From contig CALXWZ010000004.1 of assembly GCA_944392555.1 (NCBI GenBank), positions 26,525 through 90,524 on the forward strand: DNA of 64,000 nt, written 5' to 3'. Positions 28,420 through 40,563 of this stretch are shown piece by piece. How positions within the stretch are numbered: the first letter of the stretch is position 1; every line of letters begins with the position of its first letter. A model generated the notes under the pieces. That model saw nothing but the letters and a program-made list of their open reading frames with translations, was not told the DNA's origin and did not search any database. This stretch comes from an uncultured Alphaproteobacteria bacterium. Lineage in GTDB: Bacteria; Pseudomonadota; Alphaproteobacteria; CAAHEQ01; UBA3637. The translations under genes were made by a program, and so were the position numbers.

Positions 28420-28791
28420 ATGCCTACAATTAACCAATTAATCCGGAAACCCCGGAAATCAAAAAAGGCCCACAATAAAGTGCCGGCCATGCAAGCGTGT
28501 CCTCAAAAAAGAGGCGTTTGCACACGTGTTTATACAACAACACCGAAGAAACCGAACTCGGCTTTGCGTAAAGTTGCTCGTGTTCGTTTAACGAACGGAT
28601 TTGAAGTGACATGTTACATTCCGGGTGAAGGCCACAACTTGCAAGAACACTCCGTCGTTATGATTCGGGGCGGACGTGTAAAGGACTTGCCTGGTGTTCG
28701 TTATCATATTATCCGCGGTACACTCGATACACAGGGTGTTGCTAAACGTAAACAAGCCCGTTCGTTATACGGTGCAAAACGGCCGAAATAA
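28420..28791 (+). CDS. rpsL: 30S ribosomal protein S12
   Basis: [28 protein letters not shown]. Confidence 0.99.
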   Translation: MPTINQLIRKPRKSKKAHNKVPAMQACPQKRGVCTRVYTTTPKKPNSALRKVARVRLTNGFEVTCYIPGEGHNLQEHSVVMIRGGRVKDLPGVRYHIIRGTLDTQGVAKRKQARSLYGAKRPK

Positions 28792-28807
28792 GTAAGGAGA
28801 AGGAAAT

Positions 28808-29278
28808 ATGTCTCGTAGACACGCAGCAGTAAAACGCGAAGTAACTCCCGATGCGAAATATAACAACACGGTAGTTACAAAATTTATGAACAGTTTGATG
28901 TATGACGGTAAAAAAGGCGTTGCCGAAGAAATCGTCTATGGCGCTATGACAGAGTTGGAATCAAAAATCAAAAAGCCGGCTTTGGAAGTGTTTTTGGAAG
29001 CATTGAACAATGTGAAGCCGACATTGGAAGTTCGTTCTCGTCGTGTAGGCGGTGCAACGTATCAAGTGCCGGTTGAAGTTCGTCCGGATCGCCAACAAGC
29101 TTTGGCAATTCGCTGGGTTATCAATGCCGCACGCGGTCGTTCCGAAAAAACAATGATTGAACGTTTGTTCGGTGAATTGCAAGATGCTTACAACAATCGT
29201 GGTGCCGCAATCCGTAAACGTGAAGATACTCACCGTATGGCAGATGCAAACAAAGCGTTTGCACACTTTAAATGGTAG
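28808..29278 (+). CDS. rpsG: 30S ribosomal protein S7
   Basis: [22 protein letters not shown]. Confidence 0.99.
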   Translation: MSRRHAAVKREVTPDAKYNNTVVTKFMNSLMYDGKKGVAEEIVYGAMTELESKIKKPALEVFLEALNNVKPTLEVRSRRVGGATYQVPVEVRPDRQQALAIRWVINAARGRSEKTMIERLFGELQDAYNNRGAAIRKREDTHRMADANKAFAHFKW

Positions 29279-29287
29279 GAGGTTTTC

Positions 29288-31366
29288 ATGGCACGGACTA
29301 CACCGATTGAAAGATACAGAAACATTGGTATTATGGCGCACATCGATGCCGGTAAAACAACAACAACGGAACGTATTTTGTTCTATACCGGAAAATCCCA
29401 TAAAATCGGGGAAGTGCATGACGGTGCTGCCACGATGGACTGGATGGAACAAGAACAAGAACGCGGTATTACGATTACATCAGCTGCTACAACGGCTTTC
29501 TGGAAAGATCACCGTATTAACATCATTGATACACCGGGACACGTTGACTTCACGGTTGAAGTGGAACGTTGTTTGCGTGTATTAGATGGTGCAATTACGG
29601 TTTTTGACGGTGTTGCCGGCGTTGAACCGCAATCCGAAACCGTGTGGCGTCAAGCAGATAAATACGGTGTTCCCCGTATTTGCTTTGCTAACAAGATGGA
29701 CCGTATCGGAGCCAATTTTGACCGTTGTGTTGAAATGATTAAAACACGTTTGGGCGCTCGCCCGATGGTTATGGCATTGCCGATTGGTGCCGAATCCGAA
29801 TTTAAAGGAATCGTTGATATTTTGGAACAAAAAGCGATTATCTGGCATTCGGAAGACTTGGGTGCAACGTATGAATATCAAGAAATTCCGGCTGACTTAA
29901 AAGAGAAGGCTGAAAAATGCTATCACGAAATGGTGGAAATGGCTGTTGAAATGGATGATGATGCCATGGAAGCTTATTTGGAAGGCAAAGAACCGGATAA
30001 AGCAAAGTTGAAAGAATGTATTCGTAAGGGTACGATTTCGCAATCATTTATTCCGGTATTCTGCGGTTCTGCATTTAAAAACAAGGGTATTCAACCGTTG
30101 TTGGATGCGGTTGTGGATTATTTGCCGTCGCCGATTGATATTCCGCAAGCTAAGGGCGTTGTTGCCGGAACAGAGCAAGAATATGTTTGTGCATCGGTTG
30201 ATGATAAACCGTTTGCCGGATTGGCATTTAAGATTATGACAGACCCGTTCGTCGGTTCGCTCACATTCTTACGTGTATATCAAGGAACATTGATGAGCGG
30301 TAGTTATGTAACAAATACGGTTAAGGATAAAAAAGAACGTATCGGCCGTATGTTGTTGATGCACGCGAATCACCGTGAGGAAATCAAAGAAGCGCATGCC
30401 GGTGACATTATTGCATTGGTAGGCTTAAAAGATACAACGACGGGTGACACGTTGTGTGGCGATGGATTAAAAGTTATTCTTGAGAAGATGGACTTCCCTG
30501 ATCCGGTTATTGAAATTGCCGTTGAACCGAAGACAAAAGCCGATATTGAAAAAATGGGCTTGGCTTTGAACCGCTTGGCAATGGAAGATCCTTCCTTCCG
30601 CGTTGCTTCCAATACGGAAACAGGTCAAACAATCATTAAGGGTATGGGTGAACTTCACTTGGAAATCATTGTTGATCGTTTGAAACGTGAATTTAAAGTT
30701 GAAGCAAACGTCGGTGCACCGCAAGTGGCTTATCGTGAAACAATCTCTCGTGAATACGATGAAGACTACACGCATAAGAAACAATCCGGTGGTTCGGGTC
30801 AATTTGCACGTGTTCGGATTAAGTTCTCTCCGTTAGAACCGGGTTCGGGATTCGTCTTTGAAAACACGGTTGTCGGCGGTGCTGTTCCGAAAGAATACAT
30901 TCCGGGCGTTGAAAAAGGTTTACGTGCCTCTTTGGAAACAGGTGTGTTAGCCGGTTTCCCGTGCACGGACTTTAAAGCAAACTTATATGATGGTGCTTAC
31001 CATGATGTCGACTCGAGCACAATGGCGTTTGAAATTGCCGCTCGTGCCGCTTTCCGTGAAGGTATGGCAAAGGCCGGTCCGAAATTACTTGAACCGATTA
31101 TGAAGATTGAAGTTGTCACACCGGAAGATTACATGGGTGATATTATCGGCGACTTGAATTCTCGTCGCGGACAAGTCTCGGGCATGGATCAACGTGGAAA
31201 TGCGCGTGTGATTGATGCAACAGTTCCTTTGGCGAATATGTTCGGTTATGTGAATAACTTACGTTCCATGAGTCAAGGTCGTGCACAATACACGATGGTG
31301 TTCTCGCACTATGCGGAAGTGCCTCAAATGGTAGCAGATGAAATCAAGGCAAAAGTTGCCGGTTAA
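29288..31366 (+). CDS. fusA: Elongation factor G
   Basis: [32 protein letters not shown]. Confidence 0.99.
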   Translation: MARTTPIERYRNIGIMAHIDAGKTTTTERILFYTGKSHKIGEVHDGAATMDWMEQEQERGITITSAATTAFWKDHRINIIDTPGHVDFTVEVERCLRVLDGAITVFDGVAGVEPQSETVWRQADKYGVPRICFANKMDRIGANFDRCVEMIKTRLGARPMVMALPIGAESEFKGIVDILEQKAIIWHSEDLGATYEYQEIPADLKEKAEKCYHEMVEMAVEMDDDAMEAYLEGKEPDKAKLKECIRKGTISQSFIPVFCGSAFKNKGIQPLLDAVVDYLPSPIDIPQAKGVVAGTEQEYVCASVDDKPFAGLAFKIMTDPFVGSLTFLRVYQGTLMSGSYVTNTVKDKKERIGRMLLMHANHREEIKEAHAGDIIALVGLKDTTTGDTLCGDGLKVILEKMDFPDPVIEIAVEPKTKADIEKMGLALNRLAMEDPSFRVASNTETGQTIIKGMGELHLEIIVDRLKREFKVEANVGAPQVAYRETISREYDEDYTHKKQSGGSGQFARVRIKFSPLEPGSGFVFENTVVGGAVPKEYIPGVEKGLRASLETGVLAGFPCTDFKANLYDGAYHDVDSSTMAFEIAARAAFREGMAKAGPKLLEPIMKIEVVTPEDYMGDIIGDLNSRRGQVSGMDQRGNARVIDATVPLANMFGYVNNLRSMSQGRAQYTMVFSHYAEVPQMVADEIKAKVAG

Positions 31367-31380
31367 GAAAGGTTAGAAAA

Positions 31381-31692
31381 ATGTTGGAAAACCAAAATAT
31401 CAGAATTCGTTTAAGAGCGTTCGATCATAGGTTGTTGGATCAATCAACCCGTGAGATCGTCAATACAGCCAAACGGACAGGTGCCGAAGTTGTCGGTCCG
31501 ATTCCGTTGCCGACTCGTATTGAAAAATTTACAGTGAACCGTTCCGTACACGTTGATAAAAAATCACGGGAACAGTTTGAAATTCGTACCCACAAGCGGG
31601 TGCTCGACATTATTGATCCGACACCACAAACAGTTGATGCTCTGATGAAATTAGACTTAGCTGCCGGTGTAGATGTTGAGATTAAAGTATAA
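31381..31692 (+). CDS. rpsJ: 30S ribosomal protein S10
   Basis: [28 protein letters not shown]. Confidence 0.99.
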   Translation: MLENQNIRIRLRAFDHRLLDQSTREIVNTAKRTGAEVVGPIPLPTRIEKFTVNRSVHVDKKSREQFEIRTHKRVLDIIDPTPQTVDALMKLDLAAGVDVEIKV

Positions 31693-31704
31693 GGAAGAAA
31701 GACT

Positions 31705-32418
31705 ATGCGTTCAGGAGTAATTGCAGAAAAAGTCGGCATGATGAGCTTGTTCCAAGAAAACGGGACACAAATTCCCGTGACTGTTTTGAAAATTGACAGC
31801 ACGGTAGTTGATGTTCGTACAATGGAACGGGACGGATATGTCGCTGTTCAGTTGGGATCCGGCAAAGCAAAAGCGAAAAACGTTGCTAAGCCGCAACTCG
31901 GACATTTCGCCAAAGCAAACGTAGAACCGAAGAAAACATTGATTGAATTCCGTGTTTCGGAAGACTGCGTATTGCCGATTGGTGCAGAAATCAGTGCGAA
32001 CCATTTTGTTGTCGGCCAGAAAGTTGATGTGACAGGCACATCAATCGGTAAAGGCTTTGCCGGTGTGATGAAAAAATATCACTTCGGCGGTGATAACGCC
32101 ACACACGGTGTTTCAAGAACACACCGTTCGGGGGGTTCAACAGGTCAACGTGAATGGCCGGGCAAAGTTTTCAAAAACGTTAAAATGCCGGGTCAAATGG
32201 GTAATAAGCAAGTGACGGCTCAAAATTTGGAAGTTGTTTCCATTGACGAAGCTCGTAACCTGATTATGGTGAAAGGTAGCGTCCCGGGATTTGATTCGTC
32301 AATTGTTACAATTAAAGATTCAGTAAAGATTTCAAAGCAACCGACGTTACCGGTTCCTGCCGGATTGAAAGCGAAAGCTGCCGTTGAAACATCTGCTGAA
32401 ACAGAGGTAAAGGAATAG
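31705..32418 (+). CDS. rplC: 50S ribosomal protein L3
   Basis: [25 protein letters not shown]. Confidence 0.98.
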   Translation: MRSGVIAEKVGMMSLFQENGTQIPVTVLKIDSTVVDVRTMERDGYVAVQLGSGKAKAKNVAKPQLGHFAKANVEPKKTLIEFRVSEDCVLPIGAEISANHFVVGQKVDVTGTSIGKGFAGVMKKYHFGGDNATHGVSRTHRSGGSTGQREWPGKVFKNVKMPGQMGNKQVTAQNLEVVSIDEARNLIMVKGSVPGFDSSIVTIKDSVKISKQPTLPVPAGLKAKAAVETSAETEVKE

Positions 32419-32421
32419 GCC

Positions 32422-33042
32422 ATGAAATATGATGTAATCAAATTAGGCGGTGAATCCGCAGGGTCAATTGACTTGGCAGATTCCGTATTTGGTGTTGAAG
32501 TGCGTGAAGATATTTTGGCTCGCGTAATTCAATGGCAATTAGACAAACGTCGTGCCGGCACACACAAAACCAAAGATGTCGGCGAAGTGAGTGGTTCGGG
32601 CGTCAAACCGTTCAAGCAAAAAGGAACGGGTCGTGCTCGTCAAGGTTTGGACAGAGCTCCGCAAATGCGCCATGGTGGTGTTGTTTTCGGACCGGTTGTC
32701 CGTTCACATGCCTATGGCTTGACAAAGAAAATCCGCGCGCTCGGTATGCGTGTTGCATTGTCAATGAAAGCCAAAAACGGCAAACTCGTCATTGTTGACG
32801 AATTAACGGCCGAAAAACCGAACACGAAAGCATTGCAAAACATTTTCAATCAACACGGTTGGAAATCCGTTTTGTTTGTTTCGGGCGAAACGGTTGACAG
32901 CAACTTTGCTTTATCGGCTCGCAACATTATCAATACGGATGTGTTGCCGTCGCAAGGAGCAAATGTTTATGATATCATCCGCCGCGATATTTTGGTATTA
33001 TCCAAAGATGCCGTGGCCAATTTGGAAGGTCGGTTGAAATGA
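32422..33042 (+). CDS. rplD: 50S ribosomal protein L4
   Basis: [19 protein letters not shown]. Confidence 0.98.
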   Translation: MKYDVIKLGGESAGSIDLADSVFGVEVREDILARVIQWQLDKRRAGTHKTKDVGEVSGSGVKPFKQKGTGRARQGLDRAPQMRHGGVVFGPVVRSHAYGLTKKIRALGMRVALSMKAKNGKLVIVDELTAEKPNTKALQNIFNQHGWKSVLFVSGETVDSNFALSARNIINTDVLPSQGANVYDIIRRDILVLSKDAVANLEGRLK

Positions 33043-33353
33043 TTAAGAAAAACACAACAGTAGCAACGGCCGAAACATACGATGTTATCCGCCGTCCCGT
33101 AATTACGGAAAAGGCAATGAAGAGTTCCGAACACAATCAAGTTGTATTTTTGGTTGACTTAAATGCAACGAAACCGCAAATCAAACAAGCGGTTGAGAGC
33201 GTATTCGGCGTGAAAGTGACAGCAGTGAACACATTACGTCAAGAAGGAAAAACAAAAACATTCCGTGGCATTAAAGGTGTTCGCAACGAAACAAAGAAAG
33301 CAATCGTGACTTTGGCAGAAGGTCAAAGCATTGATGTGACAGCGGGGATTTAG
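33039..33353 (+). CDS. rplW: 50S ribosomal protein L23
   Basis: PVITEKA, ATKPQIK, KKAIVTL. Confidence 0.98.
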   Translation: MIKKNTTVATAETYDVIRRPVITEKAMKSSEHNQVVFLVDLNATKPQIKQAVESVFGVKVTAVNTLRQEGKTKTFRGIKGVRNETKKAIVTLAEGQSIDVTAGI

Positions 33354-33355
33354 TT

Positions 33356-34183
33356 ATGGCTTTAAAAACATATAAACCTACAACCTCAACAGTCAGACAT
33401 TTGGTCGGTATTGATCGTTCTGACTTGCACAAAGGGGCGCCTGTTAAAACATTGACGGAAGGTCAATCACGCACGGGCGGAAGAAACAATCACGGTCATA
33501 TTACCTCACGTCGTCGTGGTGGTGGGCATAAGCAAGCATACCGTATTATTGATTTCAAGCGGAAGAAACTTGATATGCCGGCAACGGTAGAACGTTTGGA
33601 ATATGATCCGAACAGAACAGCGTTCATCGCATTGGTCAAATATGAAGATGGTGAATTGGCTTACATTTTGGCACCGCAACGTTTAGGTGTCGGTGATACG
33701 GTTGTTGCCGCGCAACACGCGGATATTAAACCGGGTAATGCCATGCCGTTGAAGAATATGCCGGTCGGAACAATTGTTCACAACATTGAACTCAATCCGG
33801 GAAAAGGCGGACAAATTGCTCGCTCGGCGGGTTGTTATGCCCAATTAATCGGTAAAGATTCTGGTTATGCGCAAATTCGTTTAAATTCAGGCGAATTACG
33901 TTTGGTTCGCGGTGAATGTTTTGCATCGGTCGGAGCGGTTTCCAATCCGGACAATCAAAACACGGTGATGGCGAAAGCCGGTCGTGCTCGTTGGAACGAT
34001 CGTCGTCCATCCGTTCGCGGTATTGCCATGAACCCTGTTGATCACCCGCACGGTGGTCGTACAAATGGCGGTCGTCAGCCGGTATCACCTTGGGGATGGC
34101 AGACCAAAGGTTTGAAAACGCGTAATAACAAGCGGACGGATTCGATGATTATTCGTTCACGTCACGCAGTAAAGAAATCCTAA
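33356..34183 (+). CDS. rplB: 50S ribosomal protein L2
   Basis: [23 protein letters not shown]. Confidence 0.99.
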   Translation: MALKTYKPTTSTVRHLVGIDRSDLHKGAPVKTLTEGQSRTGGRNNHGHITSRRRGGGHKQAYRIIDFKRKKLDMPATVERLEYDPNRTAFIALVKYEDGELAYILAPQRLGVGDTVVAAQHADIKPGNAMPLKNMPVGTIVHNIELNPGKGGQIARSAGCYAQLIGKDSGYAQIRLNSGELRLVRGECFASVGAVSNPDNQNTVMAKAGRARWNDRRPSVRGIAMNPVDHPHGGRTNGGRQPVSPWGWQTKGLKTRNNKRTDSMIIRSRHAVKKS

Positions 34184-34193
34184 GGAGGCATAA

Positions 34194-34481
34194 ATGACAA
34201 GATCCGTATGGAAAGGACCATTTGTTGACGGTTATCTGTTGGATAAAGCAGAAAAGGTCAGAGCATCAGGTCGTCATGAGGTCATTAAGACCTGGTCACG
34301 CCGGTCAACAATACTTCCTCAATTTGTGGGCTTGACTTTTGGCGTATATAATGGTAAAAAGTTTATCCCGGTGTCAGTGAACGAGAATATGATTGGGCAC
34401 AAGTTCGGTGAATTTTCACCGACGCGGACATTCCCCGGTCATACCGCAAATGACGCAAAAGCAAAGAAAGCAGGTAAATAA
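34194..34481 (+). CDS. rpsS: 30S ribosomal protein S19
   Basis: [22 protein letters not shown]. Confidence 0.99.
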   Translation: MTRSVWKGPFVDGYLLDKAEKVRASGRHEVIKTWSRRSTILPQFVGLTFGVYNGKKFIPVSVNENMIGHKFGEFSPTRTFPGHTANDAKAKKAGK

Positions 34482-34906
34482 TGACAACAAATGAAGTGAA
34501 AAAAGCAAAAGCGAAAGCACGCACGTTACGTATTTCTCCGCGCAAATTAAATTTGGTGGCGGAATCGATTCGCGGGCTGAAAGCTGACAAAGCACTCGCT
34601 CAACTGACATTCTCGACAAAACGTATTGCCGAAGAAGTCAAGAAAGTATTAATGTCCGCTATTGCAAACGCTGAAAACAATCATAATATGGATGTAGATC
34701 GCTTGGTTGTATCCGAAGCATACGTCGGAAAAGCCATGGTTATGAAAAGATTTCAAGCCGGTGCAAAAGGGCGCGCAAACCGCATCATTAAGCCTTTCTC
34801 AAATTTAACGATTGTCGTTGCAGAGAAAGAAGTTGAGCCGAAAGCCGAAAAGAAACCGGCAAAGAAGGCAACAACAAAGGTTTCTAAGAAAGAGGAGAAT
34901 ATCTAA
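34481..34906 (+). CDS. rplV: 50S ribosomal protein L22
   Basis: [17 protein letters not shown]; Lys-rich tail. Confidence 0.97.
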   Translation: MTTNEVKKAKAKARTLRISPRKLNLVAESIRGLKADKALAQLTFSTKRIAEEVKKVLMSAIANAENNHNMDVDRLVVSEAYVGKAMVMKRFQAGAKGRANRIIKPFSNLTIVVAEKEVEPKAEKKPAKKATTKVSKKEENI

Positions 34907-35577
34907 TGGGTCAAAAAGTTAATCCAACAGGTTTACGTCTCGGCATTAACCGCACATGGGATTCTCGCTGGTTTGCGGATGCTAATTATGCAGATTTATT
35001 GCATGAAGACATTAAAATTCGTTCATTTTTGACGAAGAAATTGGCAGCGGCGGGAATCAGTCACATTGTGATTGAACGTCCGGCCAAAAAGGCAATCGTA
35101 ACGATTTATTGCGCCCGTCCGGGTGTAATTATCGGCAAAAAAGGTCAAGATATTGATTCTTTGAAAAAAGAATTGTCGGCATTATCTAAAAACAATGATG
35201 TCAGCGTCAATATCGTTGAAATTCGCAAGCCGGAAATTGATGCAAAACTCGTTGCGGACAGTATTGCACAACAATTGGAAAAACGTATTTCATTCCGTCG
35301 GGCAATGAAGCGTGCCGTTCAATCGGCATTGCGTCAAGGCGCAGAAGGTATTCGTATCAACTGCGGCGGCCGTTTGGGCGGAGCGGAAATTGCACGTGTC
35401 GAATGGTATCGTGAAGGGCGTGTTCCTTTGCATACATTGCGTGCAGACGTTGATTACGGTGTGTCAACGGCTCATACGGCTTATGGCACATGCGGTGTTA
35501 AAGTCTGGATTTACAAAGGCGATATCATGGCTCATGATCCCATGGCACAAGATAAACGCCTTTCAGAACAACGTTAA
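34906..35577 (+). CDS. rpsC: 30S ribosomal protein S3
   Basis: [27 protein letters not shown]. Confidence 0.99.
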   Translation: MGQKVNPTGLRLGINRTWDSRWFADANYADLLHEDIKIRSFLTKKLAAAGISHIVIERPAKKAIVTIYCARPGVIIGKKGQDIDSLKKELSALSKNNDVSVNIVEIRKPEIDAKLVADSIAQQLEKRISFRRAMKRAVQSALRQGAEGIRINCGGRLGGAEIARVEWYREGRVPLHTLRADVDYGVSTAHTAYGTCGVKVWIYKGDIMAHDPMAQDKRLSEQR

Positions 35578-35593
35578 GTAAAGGATTAAAGAA

Positions 35594-36016
35594 ATGTTAA
35601 GTCCAAAGAAAACAAAATTTCGTAAAGCATTTAAGGGTCGCATTCATGGCGACGCTAAATCAGCTACGACATTAGACTTCGGCAGCTTTGGTCTGAAAGC
35701 GCTGGAACCGGAACGGGTGACGGCGCGTCAGATTGAAGCGGCACGTCGGGCAATTTCACGTGCGATGAAGAGACAAGGACGTCTCTGGATCAGAATTTTC
35801 CCGGATGTTCCCGTTTCAAAGAAGCCGCCTGAAGTTCGTCAAGGTAAAGGTAAGGGCGCACCGGAATTCTGGATTGCCCGTGTGAAACCGGGTCGGATTA
35901 TGTTTGAGGCCGATGGTGTTTCAGAAGAAGTTGCACGCGAAGCGTTCCGTTTGGCATCCATGAAGTTGCCGATTAAGACACGTTTCGTTGTCAGAACAGC
36001 CGATGAAGAGGTATAA
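35594..36016 (+). CDS. rplP: 50S ribosomal protein L16
   Basis: RQIEAAR, WIRIFPD, GKGKG. Confidence 0.99.
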   Translation: MLSPKKTKFRKAFKGRIHGDAKSATTLDFGSFGLKALEPERVTARQIEAARRAISRAMKRQGRLWIRIFPDVPVSKKPPEVRQGKGKGAPEFWIARVKPGRIMFEADGVSEEVAREAFRLASMKLPIKTRFVVRTADEEV

Positions 36017-36216
36017 TGATGGAAAAGTTCAAAACAATAGTGGCTAAAAGCGAACAAGAGTTATCCGAAATGGAAGCTCAGTTAAGAAAAGAAGCCTTGA
36101 ACTTGCGATTCCAACAGGCAAGCGGTGCGTTGAAAAACACCGCTCGCCGTCGGCAAGTCCGTCGTGAAATCGCAAAGATTAAAACAGCCGTTGCTCAAAA
36201 AAAAGCAACGAAGTAG
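36016..36216 (+). CDS. rpmC: 50S ribosomal protein L29
   Basis: [14 protein letters not shown]; synteny. Confidence 0.95.
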   Translation: MMEKFKTIVAKSEQELSEMEAQLRKEALNLRFQQASGALKNTARRRQVRREIAKIKTAVAQKKATK

Positions 36217-36234
36217 TGCATAAGGAGAAGAAAT

Positions 36235-36471
36235 ATGCCGAAGAGAATATTACAAGGTGTGGTCGTGAGCGACAAGATGGATAAATCCGTTGTCGTAAAA
36301 GTCGAACGGCGTGTTATGCACCCTGTTTATAAGAAATACATCAAGCGCAGTGCAAAATACACAGCGCATGATGAGAACAATTTGTGCAAAGTCGGTGACG
36401 TTGTGCAAATTATTGAGAGCCGTCCGCTATCCAAGACAAAGACATGGGTAGTTGTGTCGGAAAGTAAGTAA
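36235..36471 (+). CDS. rpsQ: 30S ribosomal protein S17
   Basis: [23 protein letters not shown]. Confidence 0.98.
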   Translation: MPKRILQGVVVSDKMDKSVVVKVERRVMHPVYKKYIKRSAKYTAHDENNLCKVGDVVQIIESRPLSKTKTWVVVSESK

Positions 36472-36499
36472 AATTGGATTCTGAAGGAAGGAAATACCA

Positions 36500-36868
36500 A
36501 TGATTCAAGTAGAAACAAACCTTGATGTTGCAGATAACTCAGGTGCATTGAAAGTTCAATGTATTAAAGTTATCGGCGGCTCGAAACGTAAGGTTGCTTC
36601 CGTCGGAGACGTAATTATTGTTTCCGTGAAAAAAGCAAAACCACGTGGAAAAGTCAAAAAAGGTGATGTCCAACGCGCTTTAATCGTTCGGACGTCAAAA
36701 GAAATTCACAGACAAGACGGTACAGCCATTCGCTTTGATTCCAACGCAGTCGTTTTGGTCAATAAAGACGGAGAACCGATCGGAACCCGTATTTTCGGAC
36801 CGGTGACTCGTGAATTACGCGCGAAGAACTATACGAAGATTATGTCATTAGCACCGGAGGTATTATAA
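36500..36868 (+). CDS. rplN: 50S ribosomal protein L14
   Basis: [22 protein letters not shown]. Confidence 0.99.
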   Translation: MIQVETNLDVADNSGALKVQCIKVIGGSKRKVASVGDVIIVSVKKAKPRGKVKKGDVQRALIVRTSKEIHRQDGTAIRFDSNAVVLVNKDGEPIGTRIFGPVTRELRAKNYTKIMSLAPEVL

Positions 36869-36869
36869 G

Positions 36870-37184
36870 ATGGCTATGAAGATTAAAAAAGGCGATCAAG
36901 TAATCGTTATTACCGGTCGTGATAAAGGAAAAACAGGCGAAGTCGTAAAAGCGATGCCGAAAGAGAACAAAGTTGTTGTTCAAGGGATCAATCTGGTGAA
37001 ACGCCATACGAAACCATCACAAGAATCAGCCGGTGGCATTATTTCGAAAGAAAGCCCGATTCATGTGTCAAACGTTGCGTTAATTGATCCGAAATCAGGC
37101 AAAGCGACTCGTGTCGGATTTAAAGTTGAAAACGGTCAAAAAGTCCGCGTTGCGAAACGTTCGGGCGAAGTGATCAGCAAATAA
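36870..37184 (+). CDS. rplX: 50S ribosomal protein L24
   Basis: [22 protein letters not shown]. Confidence 0.98.
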   Translation: MAMKIKKGDQVIVITGRDKGKTGEVVKAMPKENKVVVQGINLVKRHTKPSQESAGGIISKESPIHVSNVALIDPKSGKATRVGFKVENGQKVRVAKRSGEVISK

Positions 37185-37195
37185 GGGATTACATC

Positions 37196-37738
37196 ATGGT
37201 AGCAAGATTAAAAAAGAAATATGATGAAGAAATCGCTCCCGCCTTGTTAGCTCAATTCGGCTACAAGAATAAGATGGAAACACCGAAATTGGACAAGATT
37301 GTGTTGAATATGGGTGTTGGTGAAGCAACGGAAGACCGCAAAGCCCTTGAAGGCGCATTGAAAGATATGGAAGCCATTGCCGGACAAAAACCGGTGTTGA
37401 CGCATTCCAAAAAATCCATTGCGACATTCAAATTGCGTGAAGGTATGCCGATTGGTTGTAAAGTAACACTTCGCCGCGATAAAATGTATGAATTTTTGGA
37501 TCGGTTAATTACAACCGCCTTACCGCGTGTTCGTGACTTCCGCGGTGTGTCGGGCAAGAGCTTTGACGGACACGGAAACTATGCGCTCGGATTAAAAGAA
37601 CAAATCGTCTTTTTGGAAATCAATTATGACGCCGTTGATAAAATCCGTGGTATGGATATCGTTATTGCAACTACGGCAAAAACAGATGCCGAAGCCAAAG
37701 CACTTTTGGCCGGTTTCGGAATGCCGTTTATGAAATAA
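37196..37738 (+). CDS. rplE: 50S ribosomal protein L5
   Basis: [23 protein letters not shown]. Confidence 0.99.
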   Translation: MVARLKKKYDEEIAPALLAQFGYKNKMETPKLDKIVLNMGVGEATEDRKALEGALKDMEAIAGQKPVLTHSKKSIATFKLREGMPIGCKVTLRRDKMYEFLDRLITTALPRVRDFRGVSGKSFDGHGNYALGLKEQIVFLEINYDAVDKIRGMDIVIATTAKTDAEAKALLAGFGMPFMK

Positions 37739-37749
37739 GGGAAGCGAAC

Positions 37750-38055
37750 ATGTCAAAGAAATGTTTAATTAACAGAAACTTAAAACGCGAGAAGTTGGTA
37801 AAAAAATATGCCAACAAGCGTGCTGCTTTAAAAGCCATTATTACGGACGCAAATTCAACGCCCGAACAAGTTTTTGAAGCAACGTTGAAATTGGCAAAAT
37901 TGCCGCGTAACTCGGCTCAGGTTCGTGTCCATCATCGGTGCGAGTTAACAGGTCGTTCACACGGTAACTATCGTAAATTAAGAATGAGTCGTATCCAATT
38001 ACGGAAACTGGCAAATGAAGGACAGATTCCGGGTATGACAAAATCCAGTTGGTAA
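37750..38055 (+). CDS. rpsN: 30S ribosomal protein S14 (long, non-zinc form)
   Basis: [21 protein letters not shown]. Confidence 0.98.
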   Translation: MSKKCLINRNLKREKLVKKYANKRAALKAIITDANSTPEQVFEATLKLAKLPRNSAQVRVHHRCELTGRSHGNYRKLRMSRIQLRKLANEGQIPGMTKSSW

Positions 38056-38068
38056 GGAGGAAGACAGA

Positions 38069-38467
38069 ATGTCTATGACAGATCCTTTGAGCGATATGCT
38101 CACACGTATCAGAAACGGTGGCATGGCTCATAAAAGTTTTGTGACTGCTCCGGCTTCAAACTTGCGTGCAAACGTATTGGAAGTTTTGAAACGGGAAGGT
38201 TATATTCGCAATTTTGAAAAGGTAGAAGTCCGTCCGGGCGTTCACGAATTCAAAATTGAATTGAAGTATCACGAAGACAAACCGGTTATTAAGGAAATCC
38301 AACGTGTTTCAACACCGGGTCGTCGTGTTTATTCCAAGATTAAAGATTTACCGCGCGTATATAACGGGTTAGGTATTTATGTATTGTCAACGCCGTCGGG
38401 TGTTATGTCCGACCATGAAGCTCGTCAAGCCAATTTGGGTGGCGAAGTTTTGTGCAAAGTATTTTAG
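38069..38467 (+). CDS. rpsH: 30S ribosomal protein S8
   Basis: [21 protein letters not shown]. Confidence 0.99.
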   Translation: MSMTDPLSDMLTRIRNGGMAHKSFVTAPASNLRANVLEVLKREGYIRNFEKVEVRPGVHEFKIELKYHEDKPVIKEIQRVSTPGRRVYSKIKDLPRVYNGLGIYVLSTPSGVMSDHEARQANLGGEVLCKVF

Positions 38468-38479
38468 GAGGATATTGCA

Positions 38480-39013
38480 ATGTCACGTATTGGAAAACAT
38501 CCTGTTAAATTACCGGCCGGCGTAACGGCAACGATTACAGATGCCGAAATTATCGTTAAAGGTAAATTAGGTGAATTGAAAACACACATTCCGCACGGTG
38601 TTACCGTCAAAGAAGAAAACGGGGAACTCGTTGTTCGTCCGGTTTCTGATGACAAAGAACATCGTATGTTGTGGGGAACGGTTCGCGCCAATGTGCATAA
38701 CTTGGTCACGGGCGTTTCCGAAGGATTCAAGAAGAAATTGGAATTGGTTGGCGTTGGTTATAAGGCCCAAGCACAAGGTCAGAATTTGAAATTGTCATTT
38801 GGATACAGCCACGATATCGATTACAAGTTGCCGCAAGGCGTTCAGTGTGCAACACCGCAACCGACAACGATCGAGTTGTCATGTGCCGACAAGCAATTGT
38901 TGGGTCAAGTTGCTTCTGAAATTCGTTCTTATCGTTCACCTGAACCGTATAAAGGCAAAGGGGTTAAGTATGAAAACGAAACCATTTTGCGTAAAGTCGG
39001 TAAGAAGAAATAA
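38480..39013 (+). CDS. rplF: 50S ribosomal protein L6
   Basis: [14 protein letters not shown]. Confidence 0.99.
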   Translation: MSRIGKHPVKLPAGVTATITDAEIIVKGKLGELKTHIPHGVTVKEENGELVVRPVSDDKEHRMLWGTVRANVHNLVTGVSEGFKKKLELVGVGYKAQAQGQNLKLSFGYSHDIDYKLPQGVQCATPQPTTIELSCADKQLLGQVASEIRSYRSPEPYKGKGVKYENETILRKVGKKK

Positions 39014-39024
39014 GGGGTATTAAG

Positions 39025-39375
39025 ATGAAAGAAATTACAAAACTTGCCCGTCGTAAAGCGCGCGTTCGCTACGCTTTAAAGACAAAATCAGGCAATCGCC
39101 CTCGTTTATCCGTCTATCGTTCGGATAAAAACATTTACGCGCAGGTAATTGATGACAAGAAAGGCGTTACACTTGTTTCGGCTTCTTCAAAAGATGCGGA
39201 AATCACAGCCAAAGGGTCAACGGTTGCCGGAGCAACGGCAGTCGGCAAATTGGTTGCCGAAAGAGCATTAAAAGCCGGAGTAAAAGAAGTTGTATTTGAT
39301 CGTAGCGGTTATTTATACCACGGACGTATCAAAGCGATCGCAGACGCAGCGCGTGAAGCTGGTTTATCATTCTAG
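39025..39375 (+). CDS. rplR: 50S ribosomal protein L18
   Basis: [20 protein letters not shown]. Confidence 0.98.
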   Translation: MKEITKLARRKARVRYALKTKSGNRPRLSVYRSDKNIYAQVIDDKKGVTLVSASSKDAEITAKGSTVAGATAVGKLVAERALKAGVKEVVFDRSGYLYHGRIKAIADAAREAGLSF

Positions 39376-39384
39376 GAGAGCAAA

Positions 39385-39981
39385 ATGGCAGAAAATGAAA
39401 TTCAAGAAAAGAAACAACGCCGTCCCCGCAAGGACCGCGATGATGCCAAAGTAGAAAAAGTAAGTGATGAATTCACCGATCGTGTTGTGCATGTTAATCG
39501 TGTTTCAAAAACGGTTAAAGGTGGTAAAAGATTTGCTTTTGCTGCATTGGTAGTTGTTGGTGATCAAAAGGGTCGTGTCGGATTTGCGCACGCAAAGGCT
39601 AAAGAAGTTCCCGATGCGATTAAGAAGGCAACGGAACAAGCTCGTCGCAAGATTATGCGCGTTCCTTTACGCGAAGGCAGAACATTGCATCACGATGTTT
39701 TGGGCCATTTTGGCGCCGGTCACGTTACATTGAGAACGGCTCCGGCCGGTACCGGTATCATTGCCGGCGGTCCGATGCGTGCTATCTTTGAAGTGATGGG
39801 TATTCAAGACGTTGTTGCAAAATGCACGGGGTCTTCAAATCCGCACAACATGGTTCGGGCAACATTTGATGCGTTGACATCTTTATATTCTCCGCGCTTA
39901 ATTGCTGCAAAACGCGGTAAGAAAGTTGGAGATATTGTGTCGCGTCGTGATGGTGCAGTCGCTAACAAAGATGCAGAATAA
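39385..39981 (+). CDS. rpsE: 30S ribosomal protein S5
   Basis: [17 protein letters not shown]. Confidence 0.98.
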   Translation: MAENEIQEKKQRRPRKDRDDAKVEKVSDEFTDRVVHVNRVSKTVKGGKRFAFAALVVVGDQKGRVGFAHAKAKEVPDAIKKATEQARRKIMRVPLREGRTLHHDVLGHFGAGHVTLRTAPAGTGIIAGGPMRAIFEVMGIQDVVAKCTGSSNPHNMVRATFDALTSLYSPRLIAAKRGKKVGDIVSRRDGAVANKDAE

Positions 39982-39992
39982 GGAAGAAGACA

Positions 39993-40532
39993 ATGAAATT
40001 AAATCAAATTCGCGATAATAAAGGCGCTCGCAAACAATCAATGCGCGTTGCTCGTGGCGTTAGCTCGGGCAAAGGTCGCACGGGCGGTCGTGGTTTCAAA
40101 GGACAAAAGGCTCGCACAGGCGTTCGTTTGAACGGCTTTGAGGGTGGACAAATGCCGGTTTATCGTCGTTTACCGAAACGCGGTTTTAACAACATCTTCC
40201 GGTTATCTTTTGCCGAAATCAATTTGGATACGATTCAAAAAGCAATTGATGCAAAAGTATTGGATGCTTCAAAAGAAATCAACGGTGTTTCCTTAATGGA
40301 AGCAGGTTTGATTAAAAATGTCAAAGACGGTGTTCGTTTGCTTGGCAACGGCACGTTGACAAGCAAGGCAATCATTCGCGTTGCCGGAGCAACCAAATCA
40401 GCACAAGCAGCCGTTGAAAAAGTCGGCGGAGAATTGATTTTGGAACCGAAAAAAGAAACTGTTTTAGTCAAAGGTCAAAAAACATCAAAAAAAGAACCGG
40501 CGAAAAAAGCAGTGTCTAAAAAAGCAAAATAA
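39993..40532 (+). CDS. rplO: 50S ribosomal protein L15
   Basis: KGQKAR, FEGGQMP, RLPKRGF. Confidence 0.98.
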   Translation: MKLNQIRDNKGARKQSMRVARGVSSGKGRTGGRGFKGQKARTGVRLNGFEGGQMPVYRRLPKRGFNNIFRLSFAEINLDTIQKAIDAKVLDASKEINGVSLMEAGLIKNVKDGVRLLGNGTLTSKAIIRVAGATKSAQAAVEKVGGELILEPKKETVLVKGQKTSKKEPAKKAVSKKAK

Positions 40533-40563
40533 AGTGATATAAAGCAAACAGGAGAAAACAGCA

